From Polyangiaceae bacterium (GTDB taxonomy: Bacteria; Myxococcota_A; Polyangia; Polyangiales; Polyangiaceae), in the NCBI GenBank assembly GCA_035063585.1, contig JAPSGB010000017.1, positions 1 through 64,000 of the forward strand: DNA of 64,000 nucleotides, read 5' to 3'. The position numbers and the translations under genes are program-made. Numbering within the stretch: the first letter of the stretch is position 1; each line of letters begins with the position of its first letter. Shown one piece after another: positions 53,348-62,764 of this stretch. The notes under the pieces were generated by a model. It saw only the letters and a list, made by a program, of their open reading frames with translations, was not told where the DNA came from and made no database searches.

Positions 53348-53646
53348 GCTGGCGCGCGCCTGAAGCATCCCCTCGTCTCGCGCTCATGGCAGGCCGAACA
53401 CCTCGCGGAGGAGAGCCTACTCGCGAGCGCGCTCGTCGTAGGCCGTCATGAGGAGCGCGAGCCGGTCATCCGGCATCGCCGGAATCGCGTCGTACCAGAA
53501 GCAGTCCTGCTCGTAGAGCGACGGCGTGCGTCGTTTGACGGTGTCGACCTCGAGCATCCGGTCGAGGCCGCAGCACGAGGGGTTCGCTCAGGTGCTAGAA
53601 TGGTGCCGTCGAGAGCCATGTGTTCGAGCAGTAGACGAGCGTTCGT

Positions 53647-54174
53647 ATGAATGAGTCATATTTCTTGCCCCGTGTGGTCTGCTGTCTCATCGGCGCTGCG
53701 CTCGCTGTGGGCTGTGGTGGCTTGACCTCCTCCTCCCAAGGCACGGGCGGCAGCGGGTCGACCTCCTCCTCCCAAGGCACGGGCGGCGGCGAGTCGCCCT
53801 CCTCCGAGCAGGGGTGCGCCCCGGAGAGCCTCCTCGGAACCTGGAGCCTCAGCGGTGAGCCCGTGGGCGATGGGTGTCACGAGGCCTCCGTCGATGACAA
53901 GGTGATTGAGGTGAGTCAGGGCTCGAAGGGCTTGGAGTTCAGGCTCACCGGCTTCTCCCCAGCGCGAGACTTCGATGCGGCCACCTGCACCCTCGCGCTG
54001 CGCGTGGGCTCCTTCGAAGAGTACGAACAAGAGCCGCACGAGAGCCGGTACGACATCGAGCTGACCTTCAACGGCAGCACAGCCACGGGGACCATGACGT
54101 CGTGCTTGTCATGGACGTGCGATGATTACTCGTGCTCCGAGGGCGATTGGAAGCTCAAGGCAACGCGCGAGTAG
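53647..54174 (+). CDS. Hypothetical lipoprotein with atypical codon usage
   Basis: LAVGC lipobox; 36-bp-period repeat (TSSSQGTGG x2); visibly more A/T than the flanks; TGCTAGAAT -10-like upstream. Confidence 0.65.
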   Translation: MNESYFLPRVVCCLIGAALAVGCGGLTSSSQGTGGSGSTSSSQGTGGGESPSSEQGCAPESLLGTWSLSGEPVGDGCHEASVDDKVIEVSQGSKGLEFRLTGFSPARDFDAATCTLALRVGSFEEYEQEPHESRYDIELTFNGSTATGTMTSCLSWTCDDYSCSEGDWKLKATRE

Positions 54175-54211
54175 CGTCCAGGGAAGTCTTGGAGCTTGCG
54201 CTTCGCCGGAA

Positions 54212-54423
54212 GCTCCCTGCCCGTACACGGCCCGGCACCGTGCTCACGGTGAAGGGAATAGGCATGCCGCGCATCGACCGCGGGGGTCACGGGGATCCCT
54301 TGCTCGGAGTCGATGTGACGGTGCCTCGCGGGCTGAGCAAGCGCGCGAAGCCGCTGCTCGGCGAGCTCGCCGCCCTGCTCGCGAACGAGGGCAAGCACGC
54401 CGCCGGCTGAGCTGGCGCGCGCC
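54212..54423 (+). pseudogene. Duplicated 3' end of dnaJ (direct repeat of 53149-53360)
   Basis: 212-bp ungapped copy with about 21 substitutions counted by eye, including the stop codon and 13 downstream nt. Confidence 0.9.
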
Positions 54424-54439
54424 CCCGGGCTCCACGCGC

Positions 54440-55747
54440 TCAGCAGGAGCTCGCGGCGATCGCCGAGAGCTTCGCCACGGTCGCCGCGAAGGGCTCGAGC
54501 TCGCGCGGATCCTGGGCGAGAAACCCCATGAGCGCGGGCTCGGCGGCAATCGCGCGGTCTACCCGCGCGTCGGAGCCCTTCGCGTAAGCGCCGAGCGCGA
54601 TGAGGTCGCGCTTCTCCTCGTACGCGCCGAGTAGCGCGCGCGCGGCGCGCGCGGCCCGGACGTGCTCACGCGACGCGACCGCCTCCATCACGCGAGACAG
54701 CGACGCGGTGACGTCGATGGCCGGATACTGCCCGCGCGCCGCGATCTTTCGCTCGAGCACGATGTGCCCGTCGAGGATGCCGCGCACCTCATCGGCGATG
54801 GGCTCGTCCATGTCGCCGCCTTCGACGAGCACGGTGTAGATGGCGGTGATCGAGCCCCGCTCTCCCTGCCCGCTCCGCTCGAGCAGCCGCGGCAGCATCG
54901 CGAACACGCTCGGCGGATAGCCGCGTCGCGCGGGCGGCTCGCCCGCCGCGAGCCCGACCTCGCGCTGCGCGCGAGCGAATCGCGTGATGGAGTCGACCAG
55001 CAGCAGCACGCTCTTGCCTTGGTCGCGAAAGTACTCGGCGATGGCGGTGGCGGTCTGCGCGGCGCGCAGTCGCTCGAGCGCGGGGGCGTCGCTGGTCGCG
55101 ACCACCAGCGCCGAGCGCGCGAGCCCGTCGGCGCCGAGCGAGTGCTCGATGAATTCGCCCACCTCACGGCCGCGCTCGCCGACCAGCGCGACCACCACGA
55201 CGTCCGCGTCGGTGCCGCGCGCGATCGCGCCGAGGAGGGTGCTCTTGCCGACGCCCGAGCCGGCGAAGAGCCCCACGCGCTGCCCGACGCCGACCGTGAG
55301 CAACCCGTCGATGGCGCGCACGCCGGTCGCGAGCGGCGCCGTGACCGGTCTCCGCCCGAGCGCCGCGGGCGGCGCCCGATCGAGCGGCACGGTGGCGAGC
55401 CCCGCGGGCGGTGGCCCGCCGTCCACCGGACGGCCGAGCCCGTCGAGCACGCGGCCGAGCAGCGCCTCGCCGGCGCCGATCGCGAGCGGCGCGCCGGTCG
55501 ACTCGACGGCGTCGTCGGGGCCGACCCCAGTGAGCTCGCCGAGCGGGATCGCGACCACCTCGCCGCCGTCGAAGCCGACCACCTCGGCGGGCAGCGGCGC
55601 GCCGCGCCGCGCGAGCCACACGACGTCCCCGATCCGCGCGCCGGGGAGCTGCAACCGCACGCTGAGCCCGGTGACCGCGCGCACCCGCCCGCTCGGACGC
55701 AGGGTCGAGGTCTCGGCGAGGCTCAGGCGCAGCTTCTCGAGGTCCAC
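54440..55747 (-). CDS. FliI/SctN (YscN) family type III export ATPase
   Basis: [68 protein letters not shown] and YPAIDV motifs. Confidence 0.92.
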   Translation of the reverse strand: MDLEKLRLSLAETSTLRPSGRVRAVTGLSVRLQLPGARIGDVVWLARRGAPLPAEVVGFDGGEVVAIPLGELTGVGPDDAVESTGAPLAIGAGEALLGRVLDGLGRPVDGGPPPAGLATVPLDRAPPAALGRRPVTAPLATGVRAIDGLLTVGVGQRVGLFAGSGVGKSTLLGAIARGTDADVVVVALVGERGREVGEFIEHSLGADGLARSALVVATSDAPALERLRAAQTATAIAEYFRDQGKSVLLLVDSITRFARAQREVGLAAGEPPARRGYPPSVFAMLPRLLERSGQGERGSITAIYTVLVEGGDMDEPIADEVRGILDGHIVLERKIAARGQYPAIDVTASLSRVMEAVASREHVRAARAARALLGAYEEKRDLIALGAYAKGSDARVDRAIAAEPALMGFLAQDPRELEPFAATVAKLSAIAASSC

Positions 55748-55773
55748 GGCGATCGAGAGAGTAGCCTGATGCC

Positions 55774-56047
55774 GGGACGGCGCGGGGTTGGTTTGTGGGG
55801 GGCCTTGCCCCCCGCAGCTTGCTTCGCAACTGCTCCCCCCGCCGCTCGCGCGGGCGAGCGCGCCGGCGCGCGCTCGCGGCGGGACGGCGCGGGATGGGCT
55901 CACGAGACGGGCGGCGCGGGGTGGTTTGTGAGGGGGGCCTTGCCCCCCGCAGCTTGCTTCGCAACTGCTCCCCTCGCCGCTCGCGCGGGGTTGCTTCGCA
56001 ACTGCTCCCCCGCCGCTGCGCGGGCGAGCGCGCCGGCGCGCGCTCGC
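55774..56047. repeat. Cluster of intergenic palindromic (REP/BIME-like) repeats
   Basis: GGGGGGCCTTGCCCCCC+GCAGCTTGCTTCGCAACTGC at 55797 and 55932, partial at 55991; GCGAGCGCGCCGGCGCGCGCTCGC at 55854 and 56024. Confidence 0.85.
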
Positions 56048-56119
56048 GCCGCCGGCCGCGACGGACCGACCAACCCCAAGAAGGTTGCCCGAGAGGCGCA
56101 GGCGGTGGGAGGCTGGGGC

Positions 56120-56731
56120 GTGCGGATTTCTTCGTGGGTCGGGTGGGTGGCCGTGGCGGCGGCCCTGACGGGCGGGTGCCGGGCGTCGGTGAACGCCAAC
56201 ACCAGCGCCAACGTCGAGCTGCACGACGACACCGATCGCGACGAGCTCGAGGAGGGCGCGAACACCCGGAGCTTGGCGACGACCACCGCGGAGACGGGAG
56301 ACGAGCCCGTGCACACCGGCGCGATGCTCGGCGCGCGGCACGATCTCAAGCTGGCGGCGGGGGCGCGCGCGGCCGCGTGCTCGTGCCTGGCGGCCCACGT
56401 CGGCCCCGCGAGCGACCCGGCCTTCAGCTGGGAAGCAGCGCCGCCCACGCTCGACGCGAAGACGCAGCTCGTGGTCGCGCTCACCAGCGAGGGCGTGCCG
56501 TGCGACGCCAAGACGGAGGGTAGTCTCGGCGCGTCGTACTGGGGCTACACGCGGCGCGGCGCCGACGTCATCGTGACGGTCGAGAGCGCACGCGCGGGTC
56601 GGCCGGTCACGAACGGCGCGGTGATCCCCGCGCCGGCTCCGGGCGGCCACGTCTTCATCGCGCCCGCGCGCCGCGAGACGCCCTACGGTCGCCCGCTCGT
56701 CGCCGGCGCGACGCTCTGCCAGCTCCATTAG
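56120..56731 (+). CDS. Hypothetical lipoprotein
   Basis: GTG start, LTGGC lipobox. Confidence 0.6.
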   Translation: MRISSWVGWVAVAAALTGGCRASVNANTSANVELHDDTDRDELEEGANTRSLATTTAETGDEPVHTGAMLGARHDLKLAAGARAAACSCLAAHVGPASDPAFSWEAAPPTLDAKTQLVVALTSEGVPCDAKTEGSLGASYWGYTRRGADVIVTVESARAGRPVTNGAVIPAPAPGGHVFIAPARRETPYGRPLVAGATLCQLH

Positions 56732-56887
56732 CCGGCGCTCGGCGCGCCCGCGCGGCGCCGAGGTATGACGAGCAATGTCCGCCATCGAGGCCCCGGGGCG
56801 GCCGATGACCCGACAGGAAATGTCCGAGCTCGGAGTGGCGGCGCGAGACGCGGCGACCGGCGAGTGATAGAAGCGGGGGCAGCGAGC

Positions 56888-57634
56888 ATGGATAGCGGCC
56901 ACCTCACCCTCCCCGGTTTCTCCGACCTCGGGCTCCCCGAGGGGGCGGCGCGCGCGAGCGGCCCCCGCGTCCGCCTCCACCAGCGGGACGCGGTGGATTG
57001 GCTCGGGTCGCTCGCCTCCGGGAGCGTGGAGCTCGTCATCACCGACCCGCCCTATGAGTCGCTCGAGAAGCACCGCGCGATCGGCACCACCACGCGACTC
57101 AAGCACAGCAAGGCGTCGAGCAACGACTGGTTCTCGATCTTCCCGAACACGCGCTTCCCTGAGCTCTTCAGCGAGCTCTATCGCGTGCTCGCGAAGAACG
57201 CCCATTTTTATCTCTTCTCCGATCAGGAGACGATGTTCGTCGCCAAGCCGGCCGCAGAGCGCGCGGGCTTCAAGTTCTGGAAGCCGCTCGTGTGGAACAA
57301 GGCGCGCATCGGCATGGGCTACCACTACCGCTCGCAGTACGAGCTCATCTTGTTCTTCGAGAAGGGTAAGCGAAAGCTCGCCAACCTCGGCGTCACGGAC
57401 ATCATCACCGAGCCGCGCATCCGCGGCGGTTATCCGACCGAGAAGCCGTCGCGGGTGAGCGAGGTCTTGGTGCGGCAGAGCGCTCGGCCGGGCGAGCTCG
57501 TGGTCGATCCGTTCATGGGCTCGGGCTCGGTGGGTGTGGCGGCGCTCGCGAACGGCTGCCGCTTTGCCGGCAGCGACATCGCGCCGGCCGCGCTCGCCCT
57601 GGCCGGTGCGCGGCTCGGGCTGGTCGAGCAATGA
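56888..57634 (+). CDS. Site-specific DNA methyltransferase (N4-C/N6-A, beta class)
   Basis: ITDPPY catalytic motif precedes YPTEKP and [11 protein letters not shown]-binding motif. Start 56765 or 56888. Confidence 0.9.
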   Translation: MDSGHLTLPGFSDLGLPEGAARASGPRVRLHQRDAVDWLGSLASGSVELVITDPPYESLEKHRAIGTTTRLKHSKASSNDWFSIFPNTRFPELFSELYRVLAKNAHFYLFSDQETMFVAKPAAERAGFKFWKPLVWNKARIGMGYHYRSQYELILFFEKGKRKLANLGVTDIITEPRIRGGYPTEKPSRVSEVLVRQSARPGELVVDPFMGSGSVGVAALANGCRFAGSDIAPAALALAGARLGLVEQ

Positions 57635-58110
57635 CCGGCAACGAGTACAAGCTCCAGATCGCGCGCTACGTGATGACCGCCTACGGCGCGCGCGGGCTCC
57701 GCGTGTACGACGAGGTGCACCTGGGGACGTCCATCATCGGCAAGCGGCGCCGCATCGATCTCTTCCTCCACGTCGCCGAGACGAACCAGGTGCTCGCCCT
57801 CGAATGCAAGTACCAGGACTCGAGCGGGACCGCGGACGAGAAGATCCCCTACGCGCTCGAGGATCTAGCGGCGCTCCGCATGCCAGCCTGCATCGTGTAC
57901 GCGGGGGGCGGGTTCTCGGCGGGGGTGCTGCACCTCTTGCAAGGCTCGCCCATGGCCGCTTACTGCCTCCCCGGCGACGATCTCGAACGCGTCGCGCGCC
58001 CGCACACGGGCTCGCTCGACGCTGGGACATGGCAGCTCGACCACATCGTGGCGATCACCTTCGGCTGGTGGGACCTCGTGCTTGCCGGGCGCACGCCGCT
58101 CTTGCTGTAG
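57631..58110 (+). CDS. PD-(D/E)XK nuclease superfamily protein
   Basis: RIDLF...[22 protein letters not shown] overlap with the methyltransferase. Confidence 0.75.
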   Translation: MTGNEYKLQIARYVMTAYGARGLRVYDEVHLGTSIIGKRRRIDLFLHVAETNQVLALECKYQDSSGTADEKIPYALEDLAALRMPACIVYAGGGFSAGVLHLLQGSPMAAYCLPGDDLERVARPHTGSLDAGTWQLDHIVAITFGWWDLVLAGRTPLLL

Positions 58111-58203
58111 CGTCTTCGGAGCCGGCGGCGCCCCTGCTCGTCGAGCGGGCGAGCGCGCGCGCCGGACGGCGGTCCGGGAGGGCGCGCGGCGCGCGCAGCC
58201 CCC

Positions 58204-59958
58204 TTGCTTCCGCGGCCGGTTCCGCGACAAGCTGAGCGGGTGCTGAGCCGATGCCCTCGCCACGCGGTCGCGCTGTGCGCGGCGCTCGCGTGCGCGCTGC
58301 TGAGTCTCCTCGCCCTCGGCGCGCCGGCCGCGTCGCACGGCGCGCCGGCCGCGTCGGGGAGCGCGCCGGCCAGCGTGGAGCCGCTGGAGAGCGCGGCGCC
58401 GGAGGCGAGCAGCGCGCCGATCCCCGAGGACCCCCTCCCCGCGCCGCCGGCCGCGCCGAACCGCCCCCGAGAGGCAGCGGCCGCTCCGGCGAGCGCGTCG
58501 GCCGCTGCCGTCGAGGCGGCGGCCGGGCCGCCCGCGGCACCTTCAGCGGCGCCGAGCGCGAGCGCGCGCGCGGTCGCCGGCGTGCCCGTCAAGCTGCACG
58601 ACGTCACCGTGTTCACGATTCGCTCGGACGAAGGCGGGCTCCGCGCGGCCGAGCGCGCGCGACGCGCGACTGACGCGCTCCGCGAGGCGGCTGCGAACGC
58701 CTCGCCGGACGACGTGCGGATCGTGAATCAGCCCGGCGTGGCGGTGGTCTTCGCGGGCAAGAACCCGGTGGTGCAGCTCTTTCCGGGGGACGCGGCGGCC
58801 GCCGGGGACAGCTCGCTCGAGATCCACGCGGCCTCGATCGGGATCAAGATCGCCGAGGCGATCCGCAGCGAGCAGCAGCGGAGCGCGATCGCGAAGACGG
58901 TGCTCTCGCTCTCGTTCGTGGTCGTCCTCGCGCTGCTCGCGCTGTTCCTGATGCGAAAGTTTGGAGAGCTCGGCGAGCGCGCGCAGCGCTGGCTCGAGGA
59001 GCACCCGGACCGAGTCCCGGCGATTCGCCTGAAATCGCTCGAGGTGGTGCGGCCGCAGGCGCTCCGGAGTGGCGTGCAGGTCGCCGTCGGCTTCGGCAAG
59101 TGGGTCGCGCAGATCGGGGTCGTGTACCTCTGCGTCGCGCTCGCACTCTCACTGTTCGAGTCGACCCGCAGCTACACCGAGAAGCTCACCGGGTTCGTGC
59201 TCGCGCCGCTCTCGGGGCTCGCCGGGCGCGTGGCGAGCGCGCTGCCGGTGGTCATCGTGGCCGGGATCGCGGCGGTCGCGCTGCTGCTCCTCATCCGCTT
59301 CGTGAGGCTCTTCTTCGCGAGCGTCGCGAGCGGAGAGACCGAGCTCGCGTGGCTCACGCCCGAGCTCGCCCCAGCTACCAGCGTGATCGTGCGGGCCGCG
59401 TTGGTGGTCGCGGCGCTGGTGTTCGCCGCGCCGGTGGTCACCGGCGATCCGAACGGCGCGCTCACCCGCGCCGGGGTGGCCGCGATCATCGCGGTCGGGC
59501 TCGCGAGCACGCCGCTCCTCGCGTCGGCCGTGGTCGGTTGCGCGGTGCTCTACTCGCGGCGGCTCCGCGTGGGCGAGCTGGTGGAGCTCGGGCACCGCGC
59601 CGGGAAGGTCGTGCGGGTCGGGCTCTTGGACGTGTGCCTCGCCGAGGAGGACGGCTGCCTGGTGCGGGTACCGCACCTGCTCGCGCTCGTTCATCCAACG
59701 CGCATCATCGGGAAATCACGCTGCGCGACCGCGCTCATCACCACCGCGGACGCGGGCTCGGCCGAGCGCGCCCGCGGGGTGCTCCGAGAGGCGCTCGGTC
59801 AGCTCGGCGAGGACGCGCGGCTCGAGCTCGTCGCGCTCGACGCGGACGGCGCGCACTTCCGCGTGAGCGCACGCGGGCACACTAGCGACGAGCTGATGCT
59901 CGTCGCGGTCCGCGCGCTCGAGCGCGCCGGGCTCACCCTCGGGCGCAGCCGGCCGTGA
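58204..59958 (+). CDS. MscS-family mechanosensitive channel-like protein
   Basis: Signal/Pro-Ala linker, multiple TM segments, LRVGELVELGHRAGKVVRVGLL...VRVPH MscS beta domain. Start uncertain. Confidence 0.7.
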   Translation: MLPRPVPRQAERVLSRCPRHAVALCAALACALLSLLALGAPAASHGAPAASGSAPASVEPLESAAPEASSAPIPEDPLPAPPAAPNRPREAAAAPASASAAAVEAAAGPPAAPSAAPSASARAVAGVPVKLHDVTVFTIRSDEGGLRAAERARRATDALREAAANASPDDVRIVNQPGVAVVFAGKNPVVQLFPGDAAAAGDSSLEIHAASIGIKIAEAIRSEQQRSAIAKTVLSLSFVVVLALLALFLMRKFGELGERAQRWLEEHPDRVPAIRLKSLEVVRPQALRSGVQVAVGFGKWVAQIGVVYLCVALALSLFESTRSYTEKLTGFVLAPLSGLAGRVASALPVVIVAGIAAVALLLLIRFVRLFFASVASGETELAWLTPELAPATSVIVRAALVVAALVFAAPVVTGDPNGALTRAGVAAIIAVGLASTPLLASAVVGCAVLYSRRLRVGELVELGHRAGKVVRVGLLDVCLAEEDGCLVRVPHLLALVHPTRIIGKSRCATALITTADAGSAERARGVLREALGQLGEDARLELVALDADGAHFRVSARGHTSDELMLVAVRALERAGLTLGRSRP

Positions 59959-61175
59959 GCGCGATCGCGCTCTTCATCGTGCTCCTCACGCTCGCGTACA
60001 CCGGGAGCGTGGCCGCCGGCGGGCGCTCGATCCGCGGCTTCGGGCTGCCGTCCGGCGCAGAGTACGTGGTGCTCGGCTTCGCGCTCGGCCCGGGCGCGCT
60101 GGGCGTCATCGAGCAGAGCACGATGAAGCTGTTCGAGCCGCTCGCGGTGGTGGGGCTCGCGTGGCTCGCGCTCGTGGTCGGCGTCGACTACGGCTACGTC
60201 GACGGGCGAAGGGTTCGAGCCGGCCGAGTCGGGCTCGGCGCGCTCGCGGCGACCAGCGCGGGCCTCGCCGGCGCGGGCGCGGCCTACGCGGTCGGACTCC
60301 GGCTGACCGAGCTCCGCGGCGCGGCGCTCGCCGTGCTCGTCATCGGCGCCGGCGCGGTCACCAGCGAGACGACGCGCCACGCCGTGCGCTGGGTGATCGA
60401 GCGGCGCGGCGCGAGCGGACCGCTCTCGACGCTCTTCGCGGATCTCTCGGACTCGGGCGACGCGGTGCCGATCCTCGCGCTCGCGCTGCTCTTCGCGGTC
60501 GCCGGGCCCACCGAGCCAACCGCGCTCTTCGGTCCGGCCGCGCTCACCGTCGTCGGGCTCGTGGTCGGCGCGCTGCTCGGCGCGATAGCGGCACTCTTGC
60601 TGCGCCGCGAGCACGAGGCGCGGGAGGCCTGGGGCGTGCTGCTCGGCACGGCGCTCCTCGCGATCGGCAGCGCAGCGCGCTTCGGCATGCCCGCGCTCCC
60701 GACCGCGTTCATCATGGGCGTGACGCTCTCGGCGCTCTCGCGGCACGGCGCGGAGCTCCGTCGAATGCTCGGGGGCACCGAGCGCTCGGTGCTCTTGCCC
60801 ATGCTGCTCATCGCCGGTGCCAGCGTGAACCTCCACGCGTCGAAGGCGCTGATCCCGCTGGTGGGAGCCGCGGTCGCCGCGCGCGTGCTCGTGAAGCTCG
60901 CGATGGGCGCGGTGCTCCGTCGGTCCATGGGGCCGGCGAGCGGCGCCTCGCGGCTGCTCGGCCTCGGCTCCCTGCCCGCGGGCCCGCTCACCATGTGCGT
61001 CGGGCTCGCGATCCAGCTCCGTTTCCCGGGTGAGGCCGGCGACACCGCGCTGGTGCTCGCGGCGGCCGTCACCCTCATCGGTGAGCTCTTCGGGCCGACC
61101 GCCCTCGAGCGCGAGCTCGCGCGAGCGGGAGAGGTCGGAGCCGCGACCCAGACGGAGACCGAGACCGTGACGTGA
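59955..61175 (+). CDS. Cation:proton antiporter (Kef/CPA-like) membrane protein
   Basis: About 12 TM segments, GFALGPGALGVI and IGELFGP segments; GTGA overlap with the previous gene. Confidence 0.6.
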   Translation: MSAIALFIVLLTLAYTGSVAAGGRSIRGFGLPSGAEYVVLGFALGPGALGVIEQSTMKLFEPLAVVGLAWLALVVGVDYGYVDGRRVRAGRVGLGALAATSAGLAGAGAAYAVGLRLTELRGAALAVLVIGAGAVTSETTRHAVRWVIERRGASGPLSTLFADLSDSGDAVPILALALLFAVAGPTEPTALFGPAALTVVGLVVGALLGAIAALLLRREHEAREAWGVLLGTALLAIGSAARFGMPALPTAFIMGVTLSALSRHGAELRRMLGGTERSVLLPMLLIAGASVNLHASKALIPLVGAAVAARVLVKLAMGAVLRRSMGPASGASRLLGLGSLPAGPLTMCVGLAIQLRFPGEAGDTALVLAAAVTLIGELFGPTALERELARAGEVGAATQTETETVT

Positions 61176-61270
61176 CGCGCCGCCGAGAGCAGGCGAGGCA
61201 CGCCGCCGGCCGCGACGGCCCGGCCCCCTTCCCTCGCGCGCCATGCGACGGAGCGCGGCTCGCGGGCGAC

Positions 61271-62764
61271 TCAGCGCGGTGTGCGCGCGATGCCGTAACT
61301 GTCCGCCCAGTAGACGAATCCGCCTTCGACGACCGGCGCGGCGGGGTTCGTGAACACCGAGGCGAGGAGCTTCGGCTGACCCGCCCCGGACCACACCACC
61401 AGCGGGTAGATGAAGGGCTCGCGCTCGGTCGCGAGCACGAGGTAGAGCGAGCCGTCGGCGGCCGCGGTCATCGGTAGCGTCGCGGCGAAGAGGCTCGGGC
61501 CAGCCACCGGCGTGCCGCCGCTCTTCGGCATCGCCATGACCACGGCCGCGCCGCCCGTCGTGTCGGTGAAGAAGAGCTGAGCGCCGCCCACCTCGAGGCG
61601 GCCCGTGAAGACGCCGGGCGCGAGCACCGTCCCCCCAGCCGGTGAGGAGACGCAGCCCGCCGCGAGGGGCCCGGGACCGAATCGCTCGATCCCCCGCTCG
61701 GTCGCCGCGTAGACGACGCCGTCGGAGTCGACCGCGGCGGCGGTGAGCTGCAGCGCGCAGCCGAGCGCCTCCATCTGGCTCGTGTCGGTCGCGCCGCGAG
61801 GCAGCCGCCAGAGGAACTGGAGCGACAGGTTGCGGTCCACGACGTGAACGTGCGTGGGGGTCGTCCCGAGCAGCGTCCGCTCGCTGCCGCCGAGGACCAC
61901 GACCGGGTCGGTCGCTGCGGGGAGGGTGGCGTGGTTGAGCCCGGTGCCGTCGCTCCAGTAGAGGTCGGTGCCCGCGATCGCGATCTTCGTCTCGCCCTGG
62001 AGCGTGCCCGACTTCACCACCCGTGGCGACGGCTCGCCGTCGACGAGCACCTTGACGCCCCCGCCACCGGAGCTCCACGCCATCACGTTCGGAGCGACTG
62101 CCAGAGCCACCGCGTTCGCCGCGGGGACGAGCTCCTCCCGCGCGCAGCCGGCGAGCGGCTCGCAGGTGGCTCCGCCGCAACTCCGACCGCACGCGCCGCA
62201 GTTGGGCTCGCTGAGCAACTCGGCCTCGCAGCCATTGCTGGCGTCGCCGTCGCAGTCTGCGCACACCGGGTTCCCGCAGGAGCCGACGCCGCAGCCCGTG
62301 CTGCCGGGCTCGGTGACGAGCTCGAGCGGCCCGAGCAGCGGATCGTTCGCCGCGCCGCCGGCGCAGGCGGCCTGGCAGCGGCTCTGCCAGCAGGTCTTGA
62401 GCTCGAACGCCTGCTGGTGAGCGGCCTCGGAGGCGGTCGCTCGACACACCATCGGGCACGAGGCCTCGCCGGCGCACGCCGCGAGGCACTGGAGCTCAGT
62501 CAGGCACGGGCCCGGGCTCGAGCAGGTCGTGAGCTCGCTGCAGCAGCTCGCCTCGATGCACTGGCGGCATGCCGCGGCTTGGGGGCCGAGCCCGCCCGCG
62601 CTGCAGGCACCCGCCTCGTTTCCGCCATCTGCAAACCGGTCCCAAGAGACCTCGTCGAGGGGCGCCAGATCTTCACGATGGATCCCCGACGGCGAGATGT
62701 CCGTCATGCAGGAGATGAACAGCGACGCGCTCGCCGCCGCCCAGAGGCTACCGACCATTTTCAT
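61271..62764 (-). CDS. Cys-rich lipoprotein with beta-propeller-like C-terminal repeats
   Basis: LFISC lipobox; CDGDASNGCE...NCGACGRSC myxobacterial-type Cys motif; LYWSD/VYWAD repeats; ATGA overlap with the upstream gene. Confidence 0.7.
   Translation of the reverse strand: MKMVGSLWAAASASLFISCMTDISPSGIHREDLAPLDEVSWDRFADGGNEAGACSAGGLGPQAAACRQCIEASCCSELTTCSSPGPCLTELQCLAACAGEASCPMVCRATASEAAHQQAFELKTCWQSRCQAACAGGAANDPLLGPLELVTEPGSTGCGVGSCGNPVCADCDGDASNGCEAELLSEPNCGACGRSCGGATCEPLAGCAREELVPAANAVALAVAPNVMAWSSGGGGVKVLVDGEPSPRVVKSGTLQGETKIAIAGTDLYWSDGTGLNHATLPAATDPVVVLGGSERTLLGTTPTHVHVVDRNLSLQFLWRLPRGATDTSQMEALGCALQLTAAAVDSDGVVYAATERGIERFGPGPLAAGCVSSPAGGTVLAPGVFTGRLEVGGAQLFFTDTTGGAAVVMAMPKSGGTPVAGPSLFAATLPMTAAADGSLYLVLATEREPFIYPLVVWSGAGQPKLLASVFTNPAAPVVEGGFVYWADSYGIARTPR

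Noticed and set aside
50591..53368. 925-aa minus-strand ORF
   Set aside because: Antisense shadow of dnaJ and the coiled-coil gene.
54440..57631. 1063-aa ORF as a giant ATPase fusion
   Set aside because: The N-terminal about 630 aa are antisense to the MTase and lipoprotein genes and cross the repeat cluster; ATPase similarity begins near 55747.
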